Origin: an uncultured Gammaproteobacteria bacterium
GTDB lineage: Bacteria > Pseudomonadota > Gammaproteobacteria > DRLM01
Direction of reading: 5' to 3'
Length of the DNA stretch: 64,000 nt
Assembly: GCA_963729605.1 (NCBI GenBank)
Contig: CAVSNY010000004.1
Span: 32,001 to 96,000 of the forward strand
Shown here: in pieces, positions 33,411 to 43,986 of the stretch
Layout: every line of letters starts with the position of its first letter
Numbering within the stretch: position 1 is the first letter of the stretch
Made by a program: the position numbers and the translations under genes
Notes under the pieces: generated by a model
Told to the model about the DNA's origin: nothing
What the model saw: the letters and a program-made list of their open reading frames with translations, nothing else
Databases searched by the model: none

Positions 33411-34631
33411 ATGGCGCAATTGTCGGTTAAAAAAGTGGTGTTGGCCTATTCCGGTGGCCTGGATACCTCGGTGATCCTGAAGTGGCTGCAGGAAAACTAT
33501 GACTGCGAGGTGGTGACCTTCACCGCCGACATCGGTCAGGGCGAGGAGCTGGAGCCGGCCCGCGCCAAGGCCCAGCAGATGGGCGTCAAGGAAATCTACA
33601 TCGACGATCTGCGCGAGGAATTCGTGCGCGACTTCGTGTTCCCGATGTTCCGCGCCAACGCCATTTACGAAGGCGAGTACCTGCTGGGCACGTCGATCGC
33701 CCGGCCGCTGATCGCCAAGCGCCAGATCGAGATCGCCAAACAGGCGGGCGCCGACGCGGTATCCCACGGCGCCACCGGCAAGGGCAACGATCAGGTGCGC
33801 TTCGAACTCGGTGTATTACGCGCTCAAGCCGGATGTGCGGGTGATCGCGCCGTGGCGCGAATGGGATTTGACCTCGCGCGAGAAACTGCTGGCCTACGCC
33901 GAGCAGCACGGCATCCCGATCGAGAAGAAAAAAGGCCAGCGTTCGCCCTATTCCATGGACGCCAATCTGCTGCACATCTCCTACGAAGGCGGCGTGCTGG
34001 AAGACACCTGGACCGAGGCGGAGGACGGACATGTGGCGCTGGTCGGTGTCGCCGGAGGACGCGCCGGACAAGGCCGAATATATTGAACTGACGTATGCCA
34101 AGGGCGACATCGTCGCCATCAACGGCGAGGCCATGAGTCCCGCCAGCGTGCTGGCCACGCTCAACAAACTGGGCGGCGAACACGGCATCGGCCGCGCTCG
34201 ACATCGTCGAGAACCGCTACGTCGGCATGAAGTCGCGCGGCTGCTACGAGACGCCGGGCGGCACCATCATGCTGAAGGCCCATCGCGCCATCGAGTCGAT
34301 CACCCTCGACCGCGAAGTCGCGCATCTGAAAGACGAACTGATGCCGCGTTACGCCAGCTTGATCTACAACGGTTACTGGTGGAGCCCGGAGCGCCAGATG
34401 CTGCAACAGATGATCGACGCCTCGCAGGCGGCGGTGAACGGCGTGGTGCGTCTGAAGCTCTACAAGGGCAACGTCAGCGTCGCCGGCCGCAAGTCCGACG
34501 ACAGTCTGTTCGACGCCAATATCGCGACTTTCGAGGAAGACGCCGGCGCCTACAATCAGGCCGACGCCAGCGGCTTCATCAAACTCAACGCGCTGCGCAT
34601 GCGCATCGCGGCGAAGAAGGGGCGCAAGTAA
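33411..34631 (+). CDS. argG: Argininosuccinate synthase with three apparent +1 frameshifts (sequencing error or pseudogene)
   Basis: [22 protein letters not shown], then [13 protein letters not shown] and [18 protein letters not shown] in shifted frames; extra bases near 33813, 34026 and 34195. Confidence 0.9.
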
Positions 34632-34640
34632 ATTTTTAAC

Positions 34641-34770
34641 GTAGGGTGAGTTAGCGTAGCCCGCCAACTTGCGCCGTCAGGCGCTCCTTATGAAGATGGA
34701 GTCGGGTCGCTGCGCGACGTTTGGCGGGTTACGGCGCGACCCTCGCCCCCTCCCGTGCGCGGGAGGGGGA
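34641..34770. repeat. GTAG-type REP remnant plus CCCTCCC/GGGAGGG hairpin
   Basis: GTAGGGTGAGTTAGCGTAGCCCGCC ... GGCGGGTTACG; CCCCCTCCCGTGCGCGGGAGGGGG. Confidence 0.5.
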
Positions 34771-34829
34771 ATCGGTCAAGAGTGTATAGACGGCACCCTG
34801 ACTCACCCTGCATTCGATAGGAGGAGAGT

Positions 34830-35213
34830 ATGCGCATATTGCACACCATGCTCCGGGTCGGCGATCTCGAGAGGTCGCTCAAGTTCTACACGGAAGTGCT
34901 GGGCATGAAACTGTTGCGCCGCCAGGATTATCCCGACGGCAAGTTCACGCTGGCCTTCGTCGGTTACGGCGCCGAGAGCGAACAGGCGGTGATCGAACTC
35001 ACCTATAACTGGGGCGTCGAAAAATACGAATTGGGCAACGCCTTCGGCCATATCGCGATCGGCGTGGCCGACATTCACCGCACCTGCAACGAGATCAAAC
35101 AGCGCGGCGGCAAGGTCACCCGCGAGCCCGGCCCCATGAAACACGGCAGCACGGTGATCGCGTTCGTCGAAGACCCCGACGGTTACAAACTCGAATTGAT
35201 TGAAGGGCGTTAG
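34830..35213 (+). CDS. gloA: Lactoylglutathione lyase (glyoxalase I)
   Basis: [35 protein letters not shown]. Confidence 0.95.
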   Translation: MRILHTMLRVGDLERSLKFYTEVLGMKLLRRQDYPDGKFTLAFVGYGAESEQAVIELTYNWGVEKYELGNAFGHIAIGVADIHRTCNEIKQRGGKVTREPGPMKHGSTVIAFVEDPDGYKLELIEGR

Positions 35214-35367
35214 ACCTGTTTGCGGTGCGGCGAGCCGTCGTGAAAATATTGGCGGGTCATCGCGGCGTCCCCCTGTCTTCAAAAATATTGATGCGCGCCG
35301 GTGTGGCGAACTGCTATCGAAGCCGGATTCTTGTATCGATCTATCAGGTAATAAATGGGAAATAATC

Positions 35368-35784
35368 ATGACTAGAATGAACGCGGTTTGGCATTGGAAA
35401 GGCGTGGCGGCGGCGGGCATGCTGGCCGCATTGACGGCCTGCGCGGGGGGCATGTCGCAGACCTTTGCCTTGGGAAATTATCAAATCACCGTGGCGACCG
35501 ACCCTCGTCCGCCGCAGGTGGGCGAAGACGCGGAAGTGACGGTGCGATTCAAAAATTCTGATCAGGCCTTGGACGCCTGCCAACTGCATTTCCGGCAGTT
35601 CATGCCCGATCATGAAATGAGCGAGGACGATACCTGGCACGTCATGGAGCGGAGCGGCGATGTGTTCCGCGCGCGGGGCACTGAGTTCAGCATGGGCGGC
35701 GATTGGGAATTGGAGTTCAAACTGAGCTGCGGCGCCGACACCCGCCTGGTGAGCGTGCCTTATATATTGGAATGGCCCGAGTAA
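35368..35784 (+). CDS. YtkA/FixH-like lipoprotein
   Basis: Lipobox LTAC, MPDHEM, FSMGGDWEL. Confidence 0.7.
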   Translation: MTRMNAVWHWKGVAAAGMLAALTACAGGMSQTFALGNYQITVATDPRPPQVGEDAEVTVRFKNSDQALDACQLHFRQFMPDHEMSEDDTWHVMERSGDVFRARGTEFSMGGDWELEFKLSCGADTRLVSVPYILEWPE

Positions 35785-35809
35785 ACCCGCCGGCGAAGGC
35801 GGTTGCGGC

Positions 35810-36340
35810 TCAGCGCCGCGCCGGATTCAAGGTCGCGTCCAGATTGAGCTGATCGCAGAAGCCGAGAAACTGTTCGCGCAGTTCGCCGGTGGCGAGATGA
35901 CTCGGCAGGCTGATGGTCATGGTCAGCGAGAACATGGTGGTGCCGGTGTGGGCGGCGGCGTAGGTGTCGGTAGCCAATTCCTCGATGTTGATCTGGCGCT
36001 CGGCGAAGAATTGGCTGACGTTGCGGACGATGCCCGGATGGTCCATGGCCACCACGGTGATTTGATAGGGCGCCATGCGGTGTTTGGCCGGCCGGGGCTG
36101 GGTGGCTTTGGCGATCAGGGTGAGGCCCAGGCTGGATTCCAAATCGGCCAAGCGGTTTTTGACGCGGTCGATGGTGTCCGCCTCGCCGTTGACCAGCAGC
36201 ATCAGCGCGAACTCACCGCCCAGTACCGCCATGCGGCTTTCCGCGATGTTGCAGCCGGCGTCCAGCAAGGCATTGGAGAGTTGATTGACGATGCCGGGCC
36301 GGTCTTTGCCCAGGGCGGAGATGACGAGATAGTCGGTCAT
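35810..36340 (-). CDS. gcvR: Glycine cleavage system regulator (double ACT domain)
   Basis: LVISALGKDRPG, SRMAVLGGEF, MDHPGIV. Confidence 0.88.
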   Translation of the reverse strand: MTDYLVISALGKDRPGIVNQLSNALLDAGCNIAESRMAVLGGEFALMLLVNGEADTIDRVKNRLADLESSLGLTLIAKATQPRPAKHRMAPYQITVVAMDHPGIVRNVSQFFAERQINIEELATDTYAAAHTGTTMFSLTMTISLPSHLATGELREQFLGFCDQLNLDATLNPARR

Positions 36341-36685
36341 GCGGTGATCCTCATGGCGATGGTCGTGAATGGGTCTTCCATGAGCCTGCCATCGAATAGG
36401 CTGATCGAGCAGCCGGTCCTTCTCGCCTCGATGGAAGAGCGGAGATACGGGTCATTGCTAAATGAATGTTGCGTTGCTGAGGTCCGCGCGACATTGTGCG
36501 CCCGCGGCGGGGCGGGCTGTCAAGCGCGCGTCCGGGGCAGTGTTTGTGAGTCATCATCGAAGAGCGATCAAGGCCGAACCTTGCGCAGGCCTCGCGATTA
36601 GTTGCCGGTGCCGAGAGTGCCGTCGTCTCGGTGACGAAAGTCTTGCGGTCGGGTACGGCGTCGGTCCGTCTGGCGGACTTATTGA

Positions 36686-37351
36686 GTGAGCAGCAGCCAA
36701 ATGAGTGTTTCCGATAGGCCCGGGTTCAGCGGCGATTCTCGTCCCGCCGATCAATATGCCCGCATCGCCGACGACGTGGCCCGCCAGGGCTGGTCCGTGC
36801 AGGACGGGTTTCTGGACGAGGCCTTAACCGCCGCGCTCAAGGCCGAGGCCCTGCGTCTGCACGAGGCGGGGGCCTATCGTCGCGCTGGGGTGGGGCGGGG
36901 CGGACAGCTGCAAATCCGCCCGGAGCTGCGGGGCGATCGCATCGCCTGGCTGGACGGGGTGGAGACGGGCGAGGCCACTCGCCATTATCTGCGCGAGTTG
37001 GAGGCCTTGCGCCAGGCCTTGAACGGCAGCTTGTTTTTAGGCCTGTTCGACTTCGAGGGCCACTTGGCGGAATACCCGCCCGGCGCCTTTTACCGCCGGC
37101 ATCTGGATCAACATCACGACCGCGACGACCGGGTGGTGAGCTGCGTGCTCTATCTCAACCGCGATTGGCTGCCCGGCGATGGCGGCGAATTGCGCTTGTA
37201 TCTGCCGGATGACGCCGTGGGCCAGCGCGACATCGCGCCGCGGGCCGGCACCTTGGTGTGTTTTCTCAGCGACGTCTTCGAACACGAGGTGTTGCCCGCG
37301 CGAAGAAGCCGTCATAGCCTCACCGGCTGGTTCCGCCGCCGCGCCTTGTAA
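36686..37351 (+). CDS. 2OG-Fe(II) oxygenase (prolyl hydroxylase-like)
   Basis: RGDRIAW, YRRHLD, YLN, GGEL, HEVLP, RHSLTGW. Confidence 0.88.
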   Translation: MSSSQMSVSDRPGFSGDSRPADQYARIADDVARQGWSVQDGFLDEALTAALKAEALRLHEAGAYRRAGVGRGGQLQIRPELRGDRIAWLDGVETGEATRHYLRELEALRQALNGSLFLGLFDFEGHLAEYPPGAFYRRHLDQHHDRDDRVVSCVLYLNRDWLPGDGGELRLYLPDDAVGQRDIAPRAGTLVCFLSDVFEHEVLPARRSRHSLTGWFRRRAL

Positions 37352-37444
37352 CGGAATTCGCGAAGGGCGGCGCGGTGTCGAGCGGGCCGGCGGTTTGTGA
37401 TAGGGTGGTAGCGATCACGTTCGTCATTGGGGAGGTGTCCGTCC

Positions 37445-37885
37445 ATGATGGCTTGTCCGTTATGCAACCCGGGTTTGGAGGTCGTTTTGTGGCGCGATGA
37501 ACAATGCCGGGTGATCCTCGCCGGCAGCGCCGAGCATCCGGCCTTTTGCCGGGTGGTGTGGCATGCCCATGTCAGTGAGATGACCGACCTGCCGCCGGGG
37601 CGACGCGCGAGTTTGATGAACATAGTGTGGGCGGTAGAGGCGGCGCAGCGCGAATTACTGCGGCCGCGTAAGATCAATCTCGCCTCCCTCGGCAATCAAG
37701 TGCCGCATCTGCATTGGCACGTCATCCCCCGTTTCGAAGACGACGCCCATTTTCCCGATTCGGTGTGGTCGCCGTCGCGGCGCGCCGGTGTCCCTCATGA
37801 GGTGGATGCGGCCCGGCTCGCCGCGCTGTTGAGCGGTTTGCTCCAGCAGAGTTTGGGTCAGGGACGGCCCGATCTGGAATTGTGA
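37445..37885 (+). CDS. HIT family protein
   Basis: CPLC, NLASLGNQVPHLHWHVIPR. Confidence 0.92.
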   Translation: MMACPLCNPGLEVVLWRDEQCRVILAGSAEHPAFCRVVWHAHVSEMTDLPPGRRASLMNIVWAVEAAQRELLRPRKINLASLGNQVPHLHWHVIPRFEDDAHFPDSVWSPSRRAGVPHEVDAARLAALLSGLLQQSLGQGRPDLEL

Positions 37886-37990
37886 GGCGGGCTCACTGGT
37901 ATCCGAACGACGGATTTGAGCCGCCAAGACGTCAAGAAATCTCCCTGGTCGAAAAAGCGTGGCGTTCTTGGCAGCGTGGCGGCGCCCTAT

Positions 37991-38449
37991 TTATTTATAA
38001 ACCCGATCGCCGTGGCGGATCCAGCCGCCCGCCCGCCGTCCCCGGGGATCGTGATGGGTCCAGTGCACGACGCCGCCGCGTTCGTTCCATTCATATTCGC
38101 CGCGCAGGCTCACCTCGTCACCCGTCTTCAAGGCGTCGATGCGCGGCGCGAGATCGATGTTGTGACTCACCAACAAGGTTTGCCCCGAGCCGAGGCGAAG
38201 AATGAAGCGCTGATGGCGCGAACCTCGCGTGTCGTCGGGCAGGAGTTTGATCACCGTGCCGCGGGTCTCCACCTCGATATCGGAACGCCGTTCGCGAAAG
38301 GCGGCGGCGATCGCCGCGTCGCCGTCGATCGCGACCAGCGACGTGGCGGGTTGCGTCGATTGAGCCGTATCGCTATTGGTCGAGGCGAAGTAAAACGACG
38401 CGGCGGCGAGCAATAGCGCGGAGAGGATCGTGGTGATTTTCCTGTTCAT
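37991..38449 (-). CDS. DUF3465 family protein
   Basis: LPDDTRGSRHQRF, HNIDLAPRI, GEYEWN, HWTHHDP. Confidence 0.88.
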   Translation of the reverse strand: MNRKITTILSALLLAAASFYFASTNSDTAQSTQPATSLVAIDGDAAIAAAFRERRSDIEVETRGTVIKLLPDDTRGSRHQRFILRLGSGQTLLVSHNIDLAPRIDALKTGDEVSLRGEYEWNERGGVVHWTHHDPRGRRAGGWIRHGDRVYK

Positions 38450-38471
38450 GAGGGCGCGATTCGCAAGCGTG

Positions 38472-38900
38472 CTAAACCTGTTTCTTTAAACATTCGAGAT
38501 AGGCCGCCTCATCGGGCAGGGCATTATTGCGCTGGGCGGTCCAGATCGCCTCGGCCATGCACTCGGCGACGCGGTGGTCGGTGTCATGGGCGTCGCCGCT
38601 GCGGGCCGCGAGGGTTTGATACAGGGCGCGGATGCCGGCCGGCCGGTCGGCGGCGATTTGTTCCTGCACGGCGATGTGCAAACCCAGATGCAGAAACGGA
38701 TTGGATTGTCCCATCTCGGGGGTGTAGTCCTTGTCGTGCAGGGCCTGCGGGTCGTCGAACAAGGCGTGATATTCCGGGTGGGCCTTGATGGCCTGGGCGA
38801 TCAATTGCTCCAGGGGTTGCATGGGCTGGTCTTCGCGGAATTTCCGCCAGCTGTCGATGAACATTTGTCGGAGTTCGTCGCGGTTTTGGGAAAAGAACAT
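38472..38900 (-). CDS. DUF1841 family protein
   Basis: HPEYH, NPFLHLGLH, EQIAADRPAGIR. Confidence 0.88.
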   Translation of the reverse strand: MFFSQNRDELRQMFIDSWRKFREDQPMQPLEQLIAQAIKAHPEYHALFDDPQALHDKDYTPEMGQSNPFLHLGLHIAVQEQIAADRPAGIRALYQTLAARSGDAHDTDHRVAECMAEAIWTAQRNNALPDEAAYLECLKKQV

Positions 38901-38918
38901 AAGAACCTCGCTGCTGGG

Positions 38919-39554
38919 TTAGCCCGGGGTCTTGTCGCGGTATTCGCAGAGATCGCGCACCACGCAGACGGGGCATTTCGGTTTGCGGGCGACGCACACG
39001 TAACGGCCGTGCAGGATCAGCCAGTGATGGGCGTCGAGTTTGAATTCATCGGGGACGTTCTTCAATAAATTTTTTTCCACCGCCAGCGGCGTGGTTCCGC
39101 GCGCCAGGCCGAGCCGGTTGGCGACGCGGAAAATATGGGTGTCCACCGCGATGGTGGGCTGGCCGAAGGCGGTGTTGAGTATGACGTTGGCGGTCTTGCG
39201 GCCGACACCGGGCAGGGCCTCCAGCGCCTCGCGGGTATCGGGCACTTGGCCGTCATGCCGTTCCACCAGGATGCGGCAGGTGGCCATGATGTTTTTGGCC
39301 TTGGCGTTGAACAGGCCGATGGTCTTGACGTGTTCTTTCAAGCCCGTTTCGCCTAATTTTAAAATCGCCGCGGGTGTGTTGGCGACCTTGAATAATTTTT
39401 CGGTGGCCTTGTTGACGCCTTTGTCGGTGGCCTGCGCCGAGAGGATGACGGCGATCAGTAGTTCGAAAGGCGTGTGGTAGTTCAATTCCGTGGTCGGCTT
39501 GGGATTGGCCGCTTTGAAGCGTTCGAAGAGCAGCTGGCGTTTTTTCGGCGTCAT
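38919..39554 (-). CDS. nth: Endonuclease III
   Basis: LSAQATD, LPGVGRKTANV, VDTHIFRV, CVARKPKCPVC...C. Confidence 0.96.
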   Translation of the reverse strand: MTPKKRQLLFERFKAANPKPTTELNYHTPFELLIAVILSAQATDKGVNKATEKLFKVANTPAAILKLGETGLKEHVKTIGLFNAKAKNIMATCRILVERHDGQVPDTREALEALPGVGRKTANVILNTAFGQPTIAVDTHIFRVANRLGLARGTTPLAVEKNLLKNVPDEFKLDAHHWLILHGRYVCVARKPKCPVCVVRDLCEYRDKTPG

Positions 39555-39659
39555 GAATTTAATCGTATGGAGGTTGGGTCGGTGCGGCGCCGGATGAAAG
39601 CCGTGGGTTATTGTAAGCGGTGCGCCACCGTTCTGACCATCGCGGCCGGGGTTCGCGGG

Positions 39660-40478
39660 TCAGTGATCGGCGCGCGTCTGGCCGTCATTCCGCAGCGGGG
39701 CCCGCGTCACGGCGTTTTCTCTGCCGGCGCGTTTGATGCGCGCGCGTTCGATGGCGGCACGTATCTCGGTTTGCGAGGGGCGGGCGGGAACCGGCAGGGT
39801 GTCCGCGGCGGCCGGCGGGGCGGTATTGGTTTTGGGCCGTTGCCAGCGCGCGGCCCGTTCCTGTTTTTCGCGTGCCAGGCGTTGCAGGCGCGCTTGATGG
39901 CGGCGGCGCGCCAAGCCCGTCTGTTCACTCAATCGGCTTGGCGCGCGGCGATACCACATGAGCCGTGGCCGGGCCGCGCTTGCGGCGGGCGGCGTCGCCG
40001 GGACCATGCGGATGCAATCGACCGGACAGGGCGCCACGCACAATTCGCAACCGGTGCATTCTTGGGCGATGACGGTGTGCATCTGTTTGGTCGCGCCGAG
40101 GATGGCGTCCACCGGACAGGCGAGGATGCACAAGGTGCAGCCGATACAGGTCTGTTCATCGATGATGGCGACGGTCTGCTCCAGCTGCACGGGACCATGG
40201 GCCGGATTGAGCGGTTTGGCGGGCACGCCCAGCAGTTTGGCGAGGGCGCGGACCCCGGCCTCGCCGCCCGGCGGGCATTGATTGATGTCCGCCTCGCCGC
40301 GGAGCAGGGCCTCGGCGTAGGGCCGGCAACCGGGGTAGTTGCAGCGGGTGCATTGGGTCTGCGGCAGCACGGCGTCGAGGTCGTCCACCGTCGGCCGGGG
40401 TTTGGAGCGTGAAACACGGCGGACCGCCGCCGCCAGGAGCAGTGCCGATAGCGAGAAGGCGATGATCGCGGTGAGCAT
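39660..40478 (-). CDS. rnfB: RnfB/RsxB-like Fe-S protein (standalone)
   Basis: [38 protein letters not shown]. Confidence 0.85.
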   Translation of the reverse strand: MLTAIIAFSLSALLLAAAVRRVSRSKPRPTVDDLDAVLPQTQCTRCNYPGCRPYAEALLRGEADINQCPPGGEAGVRALAKLLGVPAKPLNPAHGPVQLEQTVAIIDEQTCIGCTLCILACPVDAILGATKQMHTVIAQECTGCELCVAPCPVDCIRMVPATPPAASAARPRLMWYRRAPSRLSEQTGLARRRHQARLQRLAREKQERAARWQRPKTNTAPPAAADTLPVPARPSQTEIRAAIERARIKRAGRENAVTRAPLRNDGQTRADH

Positions 40479-40537
40479 GGCGGTGTTATCGAGTGAAGGG
40501 GCCCAAGCGTCCCATGGCGAAGTCCGGCATCATGCGC

Positions 40538-42571
40538 TTATTTCAGACGCAGGCCGGGTTGGGCGCCAGCGTCGGGTTCGAGCAGCCACAGCTCTTTACC
40601 GCCCGGACCCGCGGCGAGCACCATGCCTTCCGAGACGCCGAAGCGCATTTTGCGCGGCGCGAGATTGGCCACCACCACGGTGAGTTTGCCGACTAACTGT
40701 TCGGCGGAATACGCCGATTTGATGCCGGCGAAGACGTTGCGCCGTTCGCCGCCGAGATCGACCGTCAGGCGCAATAATTTATCGGCCTCGGGCACGGCCT
40801 CGGCGGCGACGATGCGGGCGATACGCAGGTCGATCTTGGCGAAGTCGTCGTAACTGATGATCGCTTGAATAGGGTCTTGCGCCAAAGGGCCACTTGCCGG
40901 GACGGCCGGCGCCGTGGTTTGCAAATTTTCTTTGGAGGCATCGAGCATGGCGTTTACCTGAGTGGATTCGACGCGGGTCATCAGCGCCTGATAAGGCGCG
41001 ATGGTGTGCGCCAGCAAAGGCGTGCGCGGGCTGTCCCAGTGCAGTTCGCCGCCTTGCAGGAAGCTTTCGGCCAGCGCGGCGGTGCGCGGCAGGACCGGTT
41101 TCAAATAGGTGATCAGCACCCGGAATAAATTGACGCCCAGGCTGCACACCGCGTGCAGTTCCTGTTCGCGCTCGGGATCCTTGGCGATTTGCCAGGGTTT
41201 TTTCTCGTCGATGTATTGGTTGGCGCGATCGGCGAGGGCCATGATTTCCCGCACCGCGCGGCTGTAGTCGCGGTTTTCAAAACCGGCGGCGATGGATTCG
41301 CCGGCGTTGACGAATTCCTGATACAAGATTTGGTCGGGACACTCGGCGGCCAACCGTCCTTCAAATCGTTTGCTGATGAAGCCCGCGCAACGGCTGGCGA
41401 TGTTGACGACCTTGCCTACCAGATCGGCGTTGACGCGTTGGGCGAAGTCGTCGAGGTTGAGGTCGAGGTCATCGACGCCGCCGCTCAATTTGGCGGCGAA
41501 GTAGTAACGCAGATATTCCGGGTTGAGATGGTCGAGATAGCTGCGGGCCTTGATGAAGGTGCCGCGGGATTTCGACATCTTCTGGCCGTTCACCGTGAGA
41601 AAGCCGTGGGCGAAGATCGCGGTGGGCGTGCGGAAGCCCGCGCCTTCCAGCATCGCCGGCCAGAACAAGGCGTGGAAGTAGACGATGTCCTTGCCGATGA
41701 AATGATAGAGTTCCGCGCCGCTGTCCTTTTGCCAGTAGGCGTCGAACGACAGGCCGCTGCGCGCGCAATAGGCCTTGAAGCTGGCCATGTAACCGATGGG
41801 AGCGTCCAGCCACACATAAAAATATTTGCCTTCGGCGCCGGGGATCTCGAAGCCGAAATAGGGTGCGTCGCGCGAGATGTCCCATTCCTGCAAGCCGGCC
41901 TCGAACCATTCGTCGAGTTTGTTGGCGACCTCGGGCTGGAGGTGGCCGCCGCGGGTCCAGTCCCGCAGCATGTCGGTGAAATCGTTGAGCTTGAAGAAAT
42001 AATGCAGCGATTCTTTTTCGATGGGACGGGCGCCGGACAAGACCGAGACCGCATTCTTCAAATCGGAAGGCGAATAAGTGGCGCCGCACACCTCGCAACT
42101 GTCGCCGTATTGATCCGCCGCGCCGCAGCGCGGACATTCGCCTTTGATGAAACGATCCGGCAGAAACATCTGTTTTTCCGGATCGAAGGCCTGGGTGATG
42201 GTCCGCGTGCTGATGTGGCCGGCCTCACGCAGGCGCTGATAAATCAACGTCGCCAGTTCGCGATTTTCCGGCGAGTGGGTGCTGTGGTAATGGTCGAAGG
42301 CGATGGCGAAGCCGGCGAAATCGGCGCGGTGCTCCTCGCCGATGCGCGCGATCAAGACTTCGGGCGTAATGTCTTCTTGCCGCGCGCGCAACATGATCGG
42401 CGTGCCGTGGGCGTCATCGGCGCAGACGTAGTGGCATTCATGCCCCCGCATCTTTTGAAAGCGCACCCAAATGTCGGTTTGAATGTATTCGACCAGATGG
42501 CCCAGATGAATGGGGCCATTGGCGTAGGGCAGGGCGCTGGTGACGAGAATGGTGCGGCGTGTGGCGTCCAT
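40538..42571 (-). CDS. metG: Methionine--tRNA ligase
   Basis: [16 protein letters not shown], Zn knuckle, C-terminal tRNA-binding domain. Confidence 0.97.
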   Translation of the reverse strand: MDATRRTILVTSALPYANGPIHLGHLVEYIQTDIWVRFQKMRGHECHYVCADDAHGTPIMLRARQEDITPEVLIARIGEEHRADFAGFAIAFDHYHSTHSPENRELATLIYQRLREAGHISTRTITQAFDPEKQMFLPDRFIKGECPRCGAADQYGDSCEVCGATYSPSDLKNAVSVLSGARPIEKESLHYFFKLNDFTDMLRDWTRGGHLQPEVANKLDEWFEAGLQEWDISRDAPYFGFEIPGAEGKYFYVWLDAPIGYMASFKAYCARSGLSFDAYWQKDSGAELYHFIGKDIVYFHALFWPAMLEGAGFRTPTAIFAHGFLTVNGQKMSKSRGTFIKARSYLDHLNPEYLRYYFAAKLSGGVDDLDLNLDDFAQRVNADLVGKVVNIASRCAGFISKRFEGRLAAECPDQILYQEFVNAGESIAAGFENRDYSRAVREIMALADRANQYIDEKKPWQIAKDPEREQELHAVCSLGVNLFRVLITYLKPVLPRTAALAESFLQGGELHWDSPRTPLLAHTIAPYQALMTRVESTQVNAMLDASKENLQTTAPAVPASGPLAQDPIQAIISYDDFAKIDLRIARIVAAEAVPEADKLLRLTVDLGGERRNVFAGIKSAYSAEQLVGKLTVVVANLAPRKMRFGVSEGMVLAAGPGGKELWLLEPDAGAQPGLRLK

Positions 42572-42667
42572 ATGCTTTCGCGTTATCCCGAATGACAAAA
42601 AGGGAAATTATAGCTCAAGCAGGGAGGTTTGACGGCCAGTAAATGCGTGAGGGGTAACGATAAAAGT

Positions 42668-42687
42668 AAAAGGGGCGAACCGCCCCT
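42668..42687 (-). terminator. Rho-independent terminator
   Basis: Minus strand AGGGGCG-GTT-CGCCCCT followed by a T-tract, just after the stop at 42701. Confidence 0.75.
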
Positions 42688-42700
42688 ATTACTATTTGAA

Positions 42701-43621
42701 TTACTGGATCTTGATTACTGGATTTTCGGTTGTACTGCGGAAGGCTTTCCAGTCTTCCAGATAAGGATCAAAGCCGCCGCCGACATATTCCCAGGTGCCC
42801 GATGTTTGATCGGGACCTGTTCCCGGTATCCAGCGATATTGACCGGCTGTGACGTTACTCGCCTGGGCATCGAGCGCCATGTTGAAACTGCCCGCTCCGC
42901 CCGGCAGGCTCATGGTGTTGATGACCGGTGCGGCGGTGGTCATGTTATCGTAATTCAAACCGCGCATATCGGTTTGAAAAAACGCTTGGATTTCCGCATT
43001 TTCCACTGTGTTGACCAGTGATTGGGTAATTCGGGGTTTATTGAGAAGGCTGTCTTTTAAGAATTCCTGAAAGAACTCGCCTTGGTCATTGCTGACGTTA
43101 TGCACTTGGCGCATTTCCACACGCTTTGGATTGGCGGTGGAATTACCGGAGATGGTCTCGTCGGGATCCAGCGGTCTCTGGTTCGCGAAAATGGAAGGGG
43201 TAGTAAACCGGGTGCAGGTAGGACAACCCTGAAACGTCGTGGTCCCCCCACTGGAGGAGCCTGGTATGCTTAGAAAGCCCCCTCCCCAAATGACGGTGCT
43301 ACCGGCACGAATGAATGTTTCCTGGGCAAACTCGCTGGTGGAGTCTCCCACAATAAGGTGATAGTAGGATTGGCCATCAGGGCCTATGATCCGCTCTTGC
43401 AAAAATGGGGTCTTGTCCGGGTCGTTTAATTGAGTTCTCTGGGACTCTATGGTGCAGCCCACCCCGCCTTCGCCCCTGTTGCAATTGAGATTGGGAAGTC
43501 CGCCGCCGAACGCATCTCCAATACGAGTCCAATTGAGAGCGAAATCCGCTTGGCTGGCTGGCGCCGCCAATAACAGATACAAGCCCACACCTACGGTAAG
43601 TGCTTTTTTATAATTAGACAT
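42701..43621 (-). CDS. Exported hypothetical protein, lower GC than flanks
   Basis: Signal peptide MSNYKKALTVGVGLYLLLAAPASQA; G/T/S/N rich; has its own terminator. Confidence 0.8.
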   Translation of the reverse strand: MSNYKKALTVGVGLYLLLAAPASQADFALNWTRIGDAFGGGLPNLNCNRGEGGVGCTIESQRTQLNDPDKTPFLQERIIGPDGQSYYHLIVGDSTSEFAQETFIRAGSTVIWGGGFLSIPGSSSGGTTTFQGCPTCTRFTTPSIFANQRPLDPDETISGNSTANPKRVEMRQVHNVSNDQGEFFQEFLKDSLLNKPRITQSLVNTVENAEIQAFFQTDMRGLNYDNMTTAAPVINTMSLPGGAGSFNMALDAQASNVTAGQYRWIPGTGPDQTSGTWEYVGGGFDPYLEDWKAFRSTTENPVIKIQ

Positions 43622-43986
43622 TAGCCTCATCCCCCGGTTAAACCCGGTTGTGTGTACCCCCACCTGCGTTATTTTTAACGTAGTTGTATAACAAAAGTCA
43701 ATCACCAGACTCTCCGCGGCGCCTAGAATGGCCGCTAATGTCGGCGCGCTATGGGATCATGGTTTTTACAATTCATCCGGGTGTCAAGGCGTTAGCCGAA
43801 ATTATGGATGAATAGTAGCAAATGTTAACTTTTCTTTACTTTATAAGCTGAATTTTCTATGTGGTGTCGAGGTCGTTCCCGTGGAAAGGCTTTTTTGCGA
43901 TCAGCCATGGTGTACACTATTCCGCCTTGTAGTCATCACGGTGACACAGTGATGCGTATTTGAAAAATATTAAGGAGTTACTGGCA

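Noticed and set aside
42701-43621. c-type cytochrome
   Set aside because: CPTC is followed by T, not H, so there is no CxxCH haem motif
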